A DNA stretch of 64,000 nt from the human T2T-CHM13v2.0 reference genome, Homo sapiens, in NCBI RefSeq assembly GCF_009914755.1, contig NC_060937.1, one strand, 5' to 3'. Within the stretch, counting starts at the first letter, position 1, and each line of letters starts with the position of its first letter. The notes under the pieces were generated by a model, which did no database searches, was not told the DNA's origin, and worked only from the letters and a program-made list of their open reading frames with translations. Shown here in pieces: positions 41,419-55,430 of the stretch. Position numbers and translations under genes: made by a program.

Positions 41419-42301
41419 CTAAAAAGAAAATACAGGTGATTTTTCTATTTAATTACGGGAGGAAAACGTGTTTCCCTTTTCTCCCTTGGAAGAGAAAGAC
41501 TCTTAGAATCAAGTCAGATCATACACATTGGAAGGTGCAAGTAACTTGCTGACAATTAAACCACAGGCACCCTTTCGCCCAAATATAACACACTCAGATG
41601 CTGCCCATGGAAGCCCTAGCTTGTCTCCTCAGCACGCTCTCCTGAGGGACAAGCAGAAGGCACAGACCTTTCTCACTGGATAAACACAGCTTTAGCTATG
41701 CCAAGTAAAACCTTCTGAGATGCCAAGTATATTGAAACCTCATGCAAGAAAGTATGTGTGCTAGGATCAAGAACAGAAACCATGACTCAGAAGACACTGC
41801 ACAACCAACCACCTCCTGAGGACAACAGCCGTGGCTGAAACAGCAAGTGCCTGTGGTGCTGCTGTGACCAAAGCACCCCAGAACCTGGAGCCCAGGCGCC
41901 ATCACCCAGGGTGCATTATGGGGCGTGCTGTGGGCACTGCTCAGGGAACACAATAGGCAGGTGCCCAACCGGGACAAACAGGGACACGTCAGCACAGCAT
42001 GGCCAGAGGTCCTAAACTGATGAGGTCACTCCCTCATCAGCTTAGCTCAACACTGCAAACGTCAGAAAGCTTGGGGCAAACAAGAGGGCAATTTTGCCAC
42101 TAGGCAGCAGGTTCTTGTGGAAAAAAAGCAGAACAAGAATCTCATCATGTGATTGCAAACACAGGAGATTTAAAAACTCTCCCAGTTGAATTTCCAATTG
42201 AAATAAAAAAAATTTTTTTACCAAATATCAAAGCAAAAACAATAGTGGAAAAAAGATGTTTTATTCAAGGTGCTGGTGGCCAATTGAAAAAAAAATTATG
42301 C

Positions 42302-42337
42302 GTGTGTGTGTGTGTGTATATATATACATATATATAT
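42302..42337. repeat. (TG)n(TA)n microsatellite
   Basis: Read directly from the sequence. Confidence 0.9.
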
Positions 42338-43187
42338 CAGGCTTAATAAAATATGTGAATATTTTCATTTACAAAAAAATACAGGGGAAATTAGTGGCAA
42401 AACTGGTATGGATGCACCCTCTGGCCTGCCCACTTGATCAGAGCCACTGGAGAACTTAGTACTTCCGGCAGTGGGAGGGAAGGTGTTGCATTCAATGTCT
42501 CCTCTGGCAAAGGTGGAATCATTAGAAGGGAAAAATCCACAGTGACCCGGTTTTTCCTGGCTGACTGGCAGCTCTCCTCCTCCTCTTCAGCACTGCGTAT
42601 GACACAAGCAGAGTGCCTTCGGAGCAGCTTCTCCCTCTATACATGAAGGCATGTTGGGGTCAAGGGAAAAGTTCAATACGTCATGACACACCCAAACTGA
42701 GCTGCTCGCACCTCAACAGAACTGCATTTAATGGTAACCATGTCAATGCCAGCCATGGGATGCGTGACAAGATTATAAACCTGATGCTGAGGAAGGATGT
42801 CTTCCGGGTGTTTTTGGAGAACTAGGGATAAATCCCTAAATGGCTCAGCTGTTTATTGGGATGGGCACTTGCCTGTAACTTGAAGTAACTTAGAAAATCT
42901 GTGCCCAAAGTGATACCAATCTACCATGGCTCCAGGTTTAAACCCACACTTTATCCTTTCCTACAAAGTTCCAAATGGTCTGAGCACTTAGTAGTTTCAA
43001 GAAAAAAGGCTAAGTATGAGGAGGAAGTGTTGTGTTGTGGGTGCGTGCTGTGTGAATAAAGTGATTTCTTACCCCTGAATCACCTATATGATCAATTATT
43101 CTCTGGAGCTGGCTTCAGACCTAACACCCTTGTGGGTGGAGAGCTGTGTTGATGATGGTGTCTCTGGTATAAAGACTACAGGGAATT

Positions 43188-43536
<349 letters not shown>

Positions 43537-43793
43537 TCAACCCACCAGAGCCATTCACTCAAGACGCTCCACTGCAAACCCTGCCCAGGATCTGAGGTAC
43601 TGGAAACAGGAATCAGAGCACTTCAAGGAATGGGCCCCAACCTTAAAGCTCTCATCACCTACTCCAGGTCAGCCGGGTGGTTTAGAAAAAAACAAAAGGT
43701 CACACTTAAAAGGCACTAGAACATGAAGTACGTTTACTTTGGGCTAAATCCATTGATTATAAGAAACATTTGTGTTGGGTGAAAAGCAATTAC

Positions 43794-43927
43794 CTTATCC
43801 AGGGAATTGCTCTTCTCACTATTCCTTTCTGGAAGGCTGTTACCCGAATCTGTGCTTATGAGAGATCCTCTCGAATCAGCATTTCTCACACTGTTGATGT
43901 TTGGAGTTGAGGTTGTATATGGAGAAG
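43794..43927 (-). CDS. DOCK9: DOCK9 exon (A)SPYTTSTPNINSVRNADSRGSLISTDSGNSLPERNSEKSNSLDK
   Basis: ccatttag|CT…AAG|gtaatt; 134 nt; phase 1 to 0; Ser-rich linker. Confidence 0.97.
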
Positions 43928-45290
43928 CTAAATGGAAATCAAGCCAACAATAAAGTTTTATTAAGACAGAACAAAATAAAGATGAGTACTGAACTTTAAG
44001 GGAAATTGCTTTTATTGCACTTATTTTTTCTGTTAGGAAGTTGGCTCAAGAGTTGCATTCCATTACTTCACCTTTAAAGAACCAGGTCATATACAATGAG
44101 ATAAAAAGAAACTAGTCTGAAACATTCAGATGTAAACATCAATTCACTTGTTAGAAACCACCTTTGATCGCTAAAGACTAAATGCATACCTGTTTCAGAA
44201 TGTGATAGAATGAAGACTTAAAAAAATTAAAAGATAAATCCACCTACAACTATCAAATCACAAAATTAAACCACACAACAAACTTGTAGCATTCAAACTG
44301 GTAATAAACACTGAGGAGCCTACCCAACTCTGAGGGGTGTCATGGGGTATTTTAAATTTTCGAGGAGAACACAGTGATATGTGACCTCAGCCAGAAGCTG
44401 CTGTTTCAGCAGCAGGTTGTGCTATGCTCCTTTTGAAGACATATTTGTGAAGCTGGGTATTTGGGGGCCTGCTATGATAAAAGGCAAGTAATCAATGAGG
44501 GACAGGAAATGCGAATGGTGCTGGCCAATCTGACCCAAAGGCTGAGAAGCTGTCAGTGTCCAACAGGTACACACCACCCATTTGTAGTGAGTTGTGGTTA
44601 TTAAAAATAAAATTAATTGTTTCCTTTAAATTTATGTGTATTATTTCTTTTAAGTGCCTACTAAATTGTTAGGATGTAAGTACTTATTAAGTTATTTGGT
44701 CCTAAGTACCTAATAAAGAGAACTGCTGGGTGTGTCTTTCAGCCTAGGGATGCCACGAAATAAAGTGACACTAAGGGTGCTGTGAACGGGGAATATCTGG
44801 GAATCTGCTATAAACAACTATGAGCAGAAAGGAAATCTAATGTGGAAATAAAATTTGTGATGTCCATGAAAAAAACAGTATTTGAAGGCAGAAATCACTC
44901 CCTATCTTGGTACTATGGAATTTTTTAAGGTAATAGATTGACTTCCTGCTTAGATAAGATTTAAATAAATCACATAATTTAAAATGACTCTTTGGACTTG
45001 TACATTCCGTGCTGAACCAAAAGGCGTGCCTCCAGCGGAAAGGCCTGGCTGGTTTGGCAGATGGCATCAGGAGATTTGGACTCTGTGTCTGGCAGCTGTG
45101 AGCACACATTCTCCCAGACGCAAGCTGAAGATGCCATTACTTGGCACTTCACAACAGGCTGGTTGTTTTCAGATCTCAGTAGGCAAATGAGCTGCCATGG
45201 ACTGGGATACTTCTAAGTTAAAAAATAAATAAACAACAAAATAAATATAGCCAGCCTCTAGGTTACACCAAAAGTATATTTGAAAGTGAC

Positions 45291-45486
45291 TCCTCTGCCT
45301 CAGCCTCCCACGTAGCTGTGATTACAGGCGACTGCCACCAACCCTGGCTAATTTTTTTGTATTTCTAGTAGAGACGGGTTTTCACCATGTTGGCCAGGCT
45401 GGTGTCGAACTCCTGACCTCAGGTGATCTGCCCACCTCGGCCTCCCAAAGTGCTGGGATTACAGGCATGAGCCACCGTGCCTGGTC
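45291..45486 (-). mobile_element. Partial Alu (3' part and tail missing)
   Basis: Reverse Alu from tcctctgcctcagcctccc to gagccaccgtgcctgg. Confidence 0.9.
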
Positions 45487-47616
45487 AGTCTTTAACTCTT
45501 TAACCTTAGAAGGAAGACCTGTGACATCAAGGTCATAAATCCTTCCCTCTGTTGAACACTCAGATTTATTCACTGCTATCCCTGAAACTGATTCAGTGTA
45601 TTAAAGATCAAGAAAAGAAGAGCCAGGAGAATTTGAAAAAAGAAGCAAAGGCTTGAACATGGTTTCATTAAGCCTTATTGTCAGCCAGTGGCTGCGTCTC
45701 CCCAGGAGAGAAACCATGTGAATGATTGTCGCAAGGGACAGGTAAAAACCCTGTGAAAAAACTATGGCCTTTTTCTGTACTCAGATAAGAAACACATGCT
45801 ATGACCAAATTATAATTTTTCTAATATAATCATATTTCATATTTAATGTAGAACAGCATTTGAAGAACACAGAAGTCATGAAAAAGAACACAGAACTCAA
45901 GAGAAAGAGGTCCTCAGTAAAGTAAAATTAGGCCCTAAGTTCTCAGAGTCTCAAGCTTGATTCCAGAACTAGAGTCCTAATTTAAGACAAACAGATGGAA
46001 ATGCAATATATCAAAATCAATATGCTTAGTTTGTTCCTATTTTTATGTCTTTGTGTATGTGTTTGTATTTAATATCCTGGCCCAGTGCATAGCTTTTAAA
46101 GTCCTTAAACGACACTTGAGTAAAATGAAAAGAAGATAAATTCGTCCCTCTTCCCTTGGTACCACTGAGTAGGTGGAAAAAGAAACCCTGAGCCTCAGGA
46201 CGCTTGCCTTTTAAAATGAATGTAATCTCAGAGTAGTTTTTATCCAGGCAGTGAATCACTTTTAAAACTCTCAGGCACCATGATCCAAAGACATTTAAAA
46301 AACTGTGACGGCACATTCTCAGTATGTGTGGAAACAGGATTCTTCTAACAGAGATGTAAGGAGAGTTTGCTCTTGAAGGAGAAGCACCAGGACTAAAATT
46401 AGCTAGAAACTCCCTGATGAACAAAGAATTGTTAAAGCTGCCAGAAAAAAACTAGTAAACCCAGTTCAAAGATGAGGCTTCCCTGGAAGGTACTCCTAAA
46501 AGAGAACAGGGATTTAAATCTTCAAGAAAGGAGGCAATATAGATAACCTGAGTATAATAAGCCTGTCGAGGTGAATTCCTATGAAAAGTGGATTTGGATC
46601 TTAAAATTCAAGAGTGAAAAAGGATTAAGTCAGTTTCAAGTACTTTTCACAGCTGCAATGTCAGTGCGGAGCAATTGGAGGCTATGATGCTAAAGATCCC
46701 CAGTGGCCTATCTCCAAGTTCTAAAGAAGTCCCCAATCCTAACAAGGTGAATTCTGAATTGGAGAAGAGTCAAAAGAGTCAAACAGAAGTATTAAAACTT
46801 TGTGGAAATGATCAAGGTTACAGTGAAGTGATGTTTCCACTCATCTGACTCCTCTCTGCCAACCACCATACACTTTGTATCAGCTCTTAATCCCTCTAAC
46901 GACCGTTTTGAAGACATGGGTATGGAGGGCAAAGAAGATAGACAACATCCTGCCATGGTAACTAGTAAATGGTCGATTCCAGATCCAAGGCTGCATCTGT
47001 CTGACTTTAAAGCTAGTGCTGTGAACCACTGCAGACAAAACCCTCTAAGGAAGGTCCCCTCCCTGCTTCTGGAGCAGTGGCTGGGAATGGGGCAAAGCAG
47101 GGCAGAGACAGAGTGAAGGCCCAGAAGAAAGGCAAATGGAAACTCGTGACAGCAGCCAACATTTGCTGAGCATTTACCGTGTGCCAGGCTCTGTTGCAAG
47201 CATTTTGCATGAATTAACTCTTTTAATCTTTACAGTGTCAACTAAGGAGAGCATAACTGTGAAAAAGACACATAAATATCAACCAGGTTAAGGACTGGTA
47301 TTATTATTGCAGGATAAATTTGGGCATTGGTGTGGGGTTTCTCATGTTAAATTCTACCCAGTTTCATCCCCTACATGAAATGGCGTATTACCACCACCAC
47401 CACCGGCAAAGGTAAAGACATAATCTCAGAGTGGGCAAGTCCTGTGAGTTAATTGGATAAAGGCTGCCATTTATTTTATCCCATGAATTAGTCCCATTAT
47501 TAGGTAGTCTAGCCACTAGCCATAGTAGGATGCTTTCTTTATTCAAAATGTGATAAAGACAGGGAGAAATAAAGACTGAAGAAGGCTGTGAGCACCTGTG
47601 ACAATTCTTGGAGGAT

Positions 47617-47625
47617 ATGTGTGTT

Positions 47626-47666
<41 letters not shown>

Positions 47667-47667
47667 G
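47617..47667. repeat. (TG)n(TA)n compound microsatellite
   Basis: Read directly from the sequence. Confidence 0.92.
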
Positions 47668-48114
47668 TAAACTGCTATCTCTGAGGAAAAGCTAGCACAG
47701 GCGTTCATTTAGTCAGAATATTAATAAGTACATTATGTCCGGCATTTTCTTATGGAGAAACTATTAGAATCTTGATTTGTGTCACGTGTTTTTCTCTCAG
47801 AGGTGGCCGCTCTTCTGTTATTTCACACAGAAAAAGTCTTGCGGGACAGAAGACTTTTGAGAACTGATTTTAGCACTGAATTCTAGCCACAAACTGCTAC
47901 GTTCTTCTGGAATTACTATGTCATATTTCATCAAAATTGCTAACACTACAAATCAGTGTTCCCCTCCCCCCACCACCTGCAAAAATATCCCTTAACAGTA
48001 TACACAATCCAATTAAGATTTAAAATGAAAACTCAACAAACGTTGAACAAAAAGCAAACAGCGTGAGCCAGTGATTAACTGTATGATCCTGAGGAGTCAC
48101 AGGCATCCGGGACC

Positions 48115-48120
48115 TTTATT
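48115..48120 (-). terminator. Candidate intronic polyadenylation signal AATAAA
   Basis: About 114 nt after the read-through stop (TAG 48236-48234), with a U/GU-rich tract at about 48060-48038. Confidence 0.65.
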
Positions 48121-48233
48121 TCAGGGCATGGCTGAGGGGTTTCAGTTGTTGACTATCACAAGCAGGAAAAGAATACTCAGGAAAGCAACTTAGACTTCAA
48201 GGTCCTACCACACAAGTGTGACACGTTCACCAA

Positions 48234-48298
48234 CTATTGGCTCCAAGACACTTTCAGAGTGATGGTGGAGAGAAGCCCACAAGAGCATGGAGCGTTAC
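48234..48298 (-). CDS. DOCK9: Intron read-through extension GNAPCSCGLLSTITLKVSWSQ* (alternative terminal coding segment of a truncated isoform)
   Basis: In-frame continuation past the donor at 48299 to TAG, followed by AATAAA. I recall short DOCK9 isoforms ending this way. Confidence 0.7.
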
Positions 48299-48416
48299 CA
48301 ATGCCGGAGATGGCGCCCAGCAGGTCCTTGTGCAGGCTGTTGTCCAGGGTGCTTCCCTTCTGCGGCGTCACCAGCGGATTCACAGCTGGTAGAGCCAGGG
48401 ATTCATCCTTCACAGT
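48299..48416 (-). CDS. DOCK9: DOCK9 exon TVKDESLALPAVNPLVTPQKGSTLDNSLHKDLLGAISGI(A)
   Basis: ccttgacag|ACT…ATT G|gtaacg; 118 nt; phase 0 to 1. Confidence 0.97.
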
Positions 48417-50126
48417 CTGTCAAGGAGAGGAAAGCAGAAACAATCAAAGATGACTGGAAAGGATTCCTCCCCTGTTCTTGGAAGTGCCAGGGCAAGTGCA
48501 GGACCAAGACAGCCTGATGCATTCAACGTGCCTGCCTGCATGGGAGGAGTAGCCTTGAGGCGTGGGTGAGGGTGGAGGGTGGGATGGGTCAGAGGGGGAG
48601 CAGGGGGCATGGGATATGGATGCTGGGTGGGGGTGGGGGAGAGAAATCACGTTCCATAAAGTCTTGTTTCTCTTTCCCCAGCGTTGCTAACACCTTTCCC
48701 TTTCCAGAGCTCCGACGCCCAACATTTCCTTAGATTATTGTTTTGTTTTGTTTTTTTCCTTCAGAGAAAGCCTCCCCTGCTCTTTCTAACTGGAATGCTG
48801 GCTTTTATCTGTAATGCGGGGAATTACAACAGCAGCAATGACTGTAGATGTTTGTAGCATCATGTGAACTCTCAGTCAGTGGAGAAATCATATTAATTTT
48901 TAAGTTAGGTCAAAAAACGGGATTTTACTTTGGTGAAAGTGTTCATTTTTGTTAGGATTGAAACAGTTCAAGGAGGTCACATTCTACTCTGAATTACTCT
49001 GGTTTGAAAAACAGACAGGGCTAGAGAATACAAGTGTGAAATGTAATGTTGTACAGGGTGAGATAAGCGAGGTGCACTTAGGATAGAGAGAGTTTATGCC
49101 CTTTAGAGCAGCCACACATGCACAAACGCTATACACATGGCTCAGCTCAGTGTAATGTTACTTAGGAATGTAATTGGAGGTGAAGAGGTAGTGTAAAAAT
49201 GGGACACTGCATCACTGTTGGGGTGGGACGGAGGGACAGAAACATACATGAGACTCTGCAAGTGTACACCCATAATGACAAGGTAGGAAGATGAACAACC
49301 AAGCCAGTTCATGAGTCCAAAGTACCAGGGAAAGGGGAAATGCTGAAATAACATCTGCTGAAATTCATAGCAGATAAGCCCTCTGAGGCCAAGAAGAGAG
49401 CATCAGAAAGAGAAGGAGTGCAGGTTTTAGATGTAAAACTCTTATAAACTTTACTAATTAGAAATTATTATAGGTTAACCTTTAAAAAGCCTTTTGCAAC
49501 TGAAATGTGACAAGAAATTTGATAGTGATAAACCTTTGAAAAAGCTGAATTGCAAGATGATTCCAAGAATCCTTTTTAAAAAACAATCATATGAAAGGTA
49601 CCAGAGACTGAGTAAAAAAGAGCAAAACCATCTCTAATCAAAAACTTTTGAGATAATTTCTGGGGTCATCTCTCTATCTACTCAATTTCCAATGCATGTT
49701 TAAAAAACAGCACAAAGATAATATAAATTAAGGCAGTCAGTTCTTGGAGGTGGAGCCTCATGTCCCTCACCTTGGCATCCCTGATGTCCAGTCTCACTTC
49801 TAATCTGACAGAGGGAGAGAAACTGTAGCCCACAGAGGTGGCCTTTCTTAGACTGTGCAGCACGTTACTGTTATAACTGGGGCTACCATGACCTCTTCCA
49901 GGACACAGGTTAGGTTAGAACTACACCTTTTTTGTGTCTCCTTCCCCCCATAAATTTTTAGTGAATATACAAATGAAAATTCTGAGGCCTCACAAGACAT
50001 TGGTTCATCACGAGAACATGGTTTTCATACTTATTTTTTAACAAGAAATGAAGGTGTAGTGACTGACCCCATCTTAGCCAGAAATGCAACTTACCAGGAG
50101 TTGCACTGGCAAAATAAAGGGGTGTG

Positions 50127-50882
<756 letters not shown>

Positions 50883-50912
50883 GGCTGAGTTAATGTGACC
50901 ATGCTTACGTAC

Positions 50913-51026
50913 CATGCCCGCGTTCACAGGGAAGGGTGACACATCCCTCACATTGATCCGCTGGACGTTTTCAATCAGCAGACCAAACAGAGGCAGGTAG
51001 AGGGTGGCTATCCTTGCCTGATGGCT
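50913..51026 (-). CDS. DOCK9: DOCK9 exon [38 protein letters not shown]
   Basis: cttttcag|AGC…ATG|gtacgt; 114 nt. Confidence 0.97.
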
Positions 51027-51263
51027 CTGAAAAGAAGACACACATGGTAAGTTTGACCCAGGATTCTGAGAACCGAACTAAGTTGGTGCTGACCATCTCC
51101 TTTATTTGGATCCTTCCTATAAAGACAGATATTTGATTTTAGTCCCAAAATAGAGCAAAATCTTAGTGCTGTTACCATGAATTTTCTAACTGATTACTTT
51201 CTTTACACCACTTAAAATAAAGGACATTATCAATGCACATTCCTTCCATTGGGGACCACTCAC

Positions 51264-51442
51264 CCTTGAAGCATATCTGTCATCAAAAGAATGCTTTATC
51301 AGCAGGTTCTTGAGCACACTGATGGCGATCAGACGGACCTCCCGGAACTCCTGGAGGGCTGTCCCCACCTCCCTCAGTAACAGTCCCACCAAGAAGTGGT
51401 TTCTGCAGAACTCATCTGTTAATGAGTAGTCAAGCTGGAGGT
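51264..51442 (-). CDS. DOCK9: DOCK9 exon (D)LQLDYSLTDEFCRNHFLVGLLLREVGTALQEFREVRLIAISVLKNLLIKHSFDDRYASR
   Basis: catttcag|AC…AGG|gtgagt; 179 nt; phase 1 to 0. Confidence 0.98.
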
Positions 51443-52595
51443 CTGAAATGAGGATAGAAACTACTTGAGTTAGGAAAGATGCAATGCTCTTTGAATAAAA
51501 CAAACAAACAAACAAACAAAAAAAACTAAGACCCATCCTCTGCATTCAGCCCACCCTGGGTGTCAAGAGATGATCAGACTTGGCTTCAAATGAGAAAGAA
51601 TCAATTCTACAAGGCTGCTCTACTTCTTAGCACAGGAGGATCTTAAATGAAAACCAAATTTAAATACAATTAAGTGCACTGGATTTTGGAACATATTGCA
51701 TCCTACATAATTAAATTAGTGAACAGTTTAAGTACCAATTTTTAGACTAGAACACAGCATATGTTATATTACAAATATAAGTTTGTTATTGACAAAGTTA
51801 AAAACGTTATTATACTAGCTAACAGAACTGTATAAGAGCAGTTTGTGCATAACAAACATGTAATTAAATAATAAACATACATGGCTCATTAAAATGTTAT
51901 TACATGAGTTCATATATTCCTTTCCTGGTCATTAATGTCTATATACTCCATTAAAACCCAGTGGATTTAAGATAAACAAATTAATATATAACCTACTTAT
52001 TCTGCTATCCCTGAATGAAGAACTTATTTAATGCAGTATTTCCTAAGCTATTCTCCTAATATTTCTCCACCTCTGAAAACAAATACAAATTTAATATAAA
52101 CTAAAATTGAAGTGGACAAAGCATCAAACCAAACTGGTAAATCACCAGCAAGCTAAATGACAAAACTGAGAGCTCTTCTGGAAAACAGATAGGAGCAAAC
52201 ATGAACTCTACTTAGGAAGGGTACATAAAAACAGCTAAACATCACTCTGAAGATAAAATACAATTTCAGGAAGCTGAAGCTAGGTTGTGAATTGTCAGAC
52301 TGACTCCATTATTAAAGGAAAGTCTATAGACCTCTCCCTTTGCCTTTTGTCCCCTATCAGACAGTTACTCCTAAATCTAGCCAAAATATGGGCCCAAGTT
52401 CTATGAAACCCTTTAATAGAAGGGGGAGAGTATTCATTTTCTAGATTATGTTCATTGTTTATGATTATTTCACCTAGTTTATCAAAACTATAAGTCATAG
52501 CTTGAGTTCACATGTCTCTTGGAAGAAACTACTTATGGTTTAACTGGGAGTGTGCTCACACATCTATGGTTGTGTGTATGAATGTGCATGAGAAA

Positions 52596-53328
52596 TTACA
52601 TGGTCTGGATGTGTGTCCCCTCTGAATCTCATGTTGAAATGTGATCCCCAGTGTTGGAGGTGGGGCCTGGTGGGAGGTGTTTGGGTCATGGGGGCGAATC
52701 CCTCATGAATGGCTTGGTGCCCTCCTTGCCATAATGAGTGAGTTCTCGCTTTGAGTTCATGCGAGATCTGGTTGTTTACGAGAGTGTGGCGCCTCACTCC
52801 TCGTCTCTTGCTCCCTCTCTCGCCATGTGACATGCTGGCTCCCCCCTTGCCCTCCACCATGATTGGAAGCTTCCTGAGGCCTCACCAGAAGCCAATGTTG
52901 GCGCCATGCTTCTTGTACAAACTGCAAAACTGTGAGCCAAAATAAATGTCTTTTCTTATTTTTTTTGAGAGAGGGTCTTGCTCTGTTGCTCAGGCTGGAG
53001 TGCCGTGGCATAATCTGCCTAGATTGCAGATTTCACTGCAATCTCTGCCTCCTGGGCTTAAGTCATCCTCCCACCTCAGCCTCCCATGTAGCTGAGGCTA
53101 CAGATGTGTACCAACACATCAGGCTAATTTTTGTTTCTGTTTTTTTGTAGAGACAGGGTTTTGTTATGCTTCCCAGGATGATCTCGAACTCCTAGGCTCA
53201 AGTGATCCTCCCAGTTCAGCCTCCCAAAGTGCTGGGATTGTAAGTGCGAGCCACTGCACTGGCCCTCTTTTCTTTATAAATTACCCAGTCTCACGTATTC
53301 CTTTATAGCACACGAATAGACTAACACA
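52596..53328 (+). mobile_element. MSTB-like MaLR LTR interrupted by an Alu
   Basis: aatctcatgttgaaatgtgatccccagtgttggaggtggggcc…ccatgattggaagcttcctgaggcc…ttataaattacccagtctc…gactaacaca. Confidence 0.88.
52955..53263 (-). mobile_element. Alu (AluJ-like) inserted in the MSTB LTR
   Basis: Reverse Alu consensus. Confidence 0.9.
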
Positions 53329-54103
53329 AGAAAGGAGGTGAAGGCAGGGGTGGGAGGTAAGTGAGAAGAAAGAAAATGAAAATTCTAAAAAACATTTATT
53401 CCTGTCAGTGTAGTAAGGCAAATTACTCCCATATATCCCCCCATCGACTGAGCGAAGCCCGTCTTGCTACCAAATACCCTAGAAGTCTATAAGAGCTTGT
53501 GCTGCCCTGCTGGGTCATGGGGAGATGGGCATCAGCACACATTCACTACACAGCCACTGGGCAAAAAGAGCTCCCTGGGCTCTGTACCAGGTGGAAGGAA
53601 GGAGAGTCCCCAGGTACAGGAGACTGGGCTGAGGGAGGCTGTGGTGAGGTTGGGGGCACAGGGCAGGAAAGAGTGGTTAATTCCAGTTGAGGAAGTGGAA
53701 GAGAGTGAGGAGACCCTGGGAGGCCCCATGCAGGAGGTGTGGAGTGGCTGGCTTGGGGAGGAAGATGAGGATTCCCCAGGGAGGGGGCTATTTGAGGTGG
53801 AGGGGTGGCATGATATGTTTGAGGAGCTGGGAGTTGGCAGGGATGCCTGGAATGTGCAGAATAGGGGGGTGTGAGACCACAGAGGTGGGGGGCCAGGGTT
53901 AGATCAGGGGACACTGAATACCTATCTGTTCTCTCAGCCCAGAAAAAGTCTCCCCCAGATATGCGGGTGCTTGGCTCACCCCTCACTTTCTTCCAACTGT
54001 TATCTGGCCACCCTGTCTCAAATGTCACCCCTTTTCATATCCCCTTTCCTTGCTTTGTTTGTTCTCCTTAGGATGCATCAGTGTCTGACATTCTATGTAT
54101 CTT

Positions 54104-54171
54104 GTGTATGTAGAATAGCCGGGGATTGTCATCCAGGTGTATGTAGAATAGCCGGGGATTGTCATCCAGGT
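54104..54171. repeat. Perfect 33-bp tandem duplication GTGTATGTAGAATAGCCGGGGATTGTCATCCAG x2
   Basis: Copies at 54104-54136 and 54137-54169. Confidence 0.95.
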
Positions 54172-55318
54172 TGTACACAACTTATTCTGAAGCTCGACAC
54201 AGTTGGTGCGGGATAAATATTTGTTGAATGCATGAATGCCAACTCCAGGGCCACAGTCCCCCTGCCTGATCCTTAAAAGGCAGTACCAGTCTGTTTGGGG
54301 GAAACAGACTGAATGAATGCCTTAGTGTGTTTCTCTCGGAATTCAGAAGCAGTTGATTCAGGTGCCATTAGCAGTTTGGTGGCATCCTTCCACTTTTTCT
54401 CTCCCTTAGCACAAAATACCTGAGTACATACAAGGAATTAAGCTCAAGAGCTATTGCTTGACAGACCTGACAGACTAATTTGTTCAATTTGATTTACTCA
54501 GTGAAGACAAAGACATCCCTATGAGCTCAACTCTCTTCAAACGTAAAAAGAATACAGGACATTAATAAAGACTCAACATACAAACATTAAAAGCATGTAA
54601 AAAAGCCACATTGCTTGTGATTTTGATTACTGCCACCACTATGGACAAGGGCTATGAAAATAGTAGAATAATGAATTTTGGGGGTGAAGCAGGGATGTTT
54701 GTTTTACTTCTTAAAGAAACATCCTAGAGTACCCAGTGACTTCAGGAGCAAAAAACCGGATGCCTCCCTGGGATGTTACAGCAATGTCTTAGTTCCAGTG
54801 AAAAAATTCACTAATTTATGGCAAGTTTAAAAATTGATCAAATTATATAGGAAATACTTAACAGAACAGCATATGGAAGCAGTTCAGCCATCACTTGCAT
54901 TCTTTATTTTTTAGAGGAGGAAAATGCAAGAAAGCAAGCGTCATACCCCACACCTACCTACAGGAGTGTCATTTGACTCCACAGTTGGTGAAAGAAAAGC
55001 TAATTCATAAGAAAAAAGGAAAAGTGAAACAAATAAAAATAAGCTATAGCAACTGAAATAGATTCCTTTTCTTTAAGCAAAGGGATTTTTCAATGAAATA
55101 GCCATACTGGCATGATCTGTAGTCTGATAAGTTTGCTGAAAAGTAAGTTCCCATATTTTACCAATACTTTTTGAAATGGAAATTTCATAAGAAAAAAATT
55201 AATTCATCAATGAAAAAAATCAGAAAATTCAAATATCATGTTTGAATCAATTATCTTTTCTTATTGAAAATAAATGTCTCTGTTTGTGAAAAGGTTAATA
55301 GAAATAAAGATGGATTAC

Positions 55319-55430
55319 CTTGGTATCTTTGAATCCTGCCTTTTCCAAATGGCATTGGTAAGTTCAACGGAATATAATGTTCATGGTTGCACACTACACG
55401 GAGAAATTCAAACTTGTATTCAAAGAGGGT
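55319..55430 (-). CDS. DOCK9: DOCK9 exon [37 protein letters not shown](D)
   Basis: cttcctgcag|ACC…CAA G|gtaatc; 112 nt; phase 0 to 1. Confidence 0.98.

Noticed and set aside
53464-54028. 136-aa acidic and 160-aa Pro-rich overlapping ORFs
   Set aside because: They arise from a G/purine-skewed low-complexity tract. No recognisable domain or splice support.
54104-54171. 33-bp direct repeats as a CRISPR array
   Set aside because: Only two abutting copies, no spacers, no cas genes, and a mammalian intron context.
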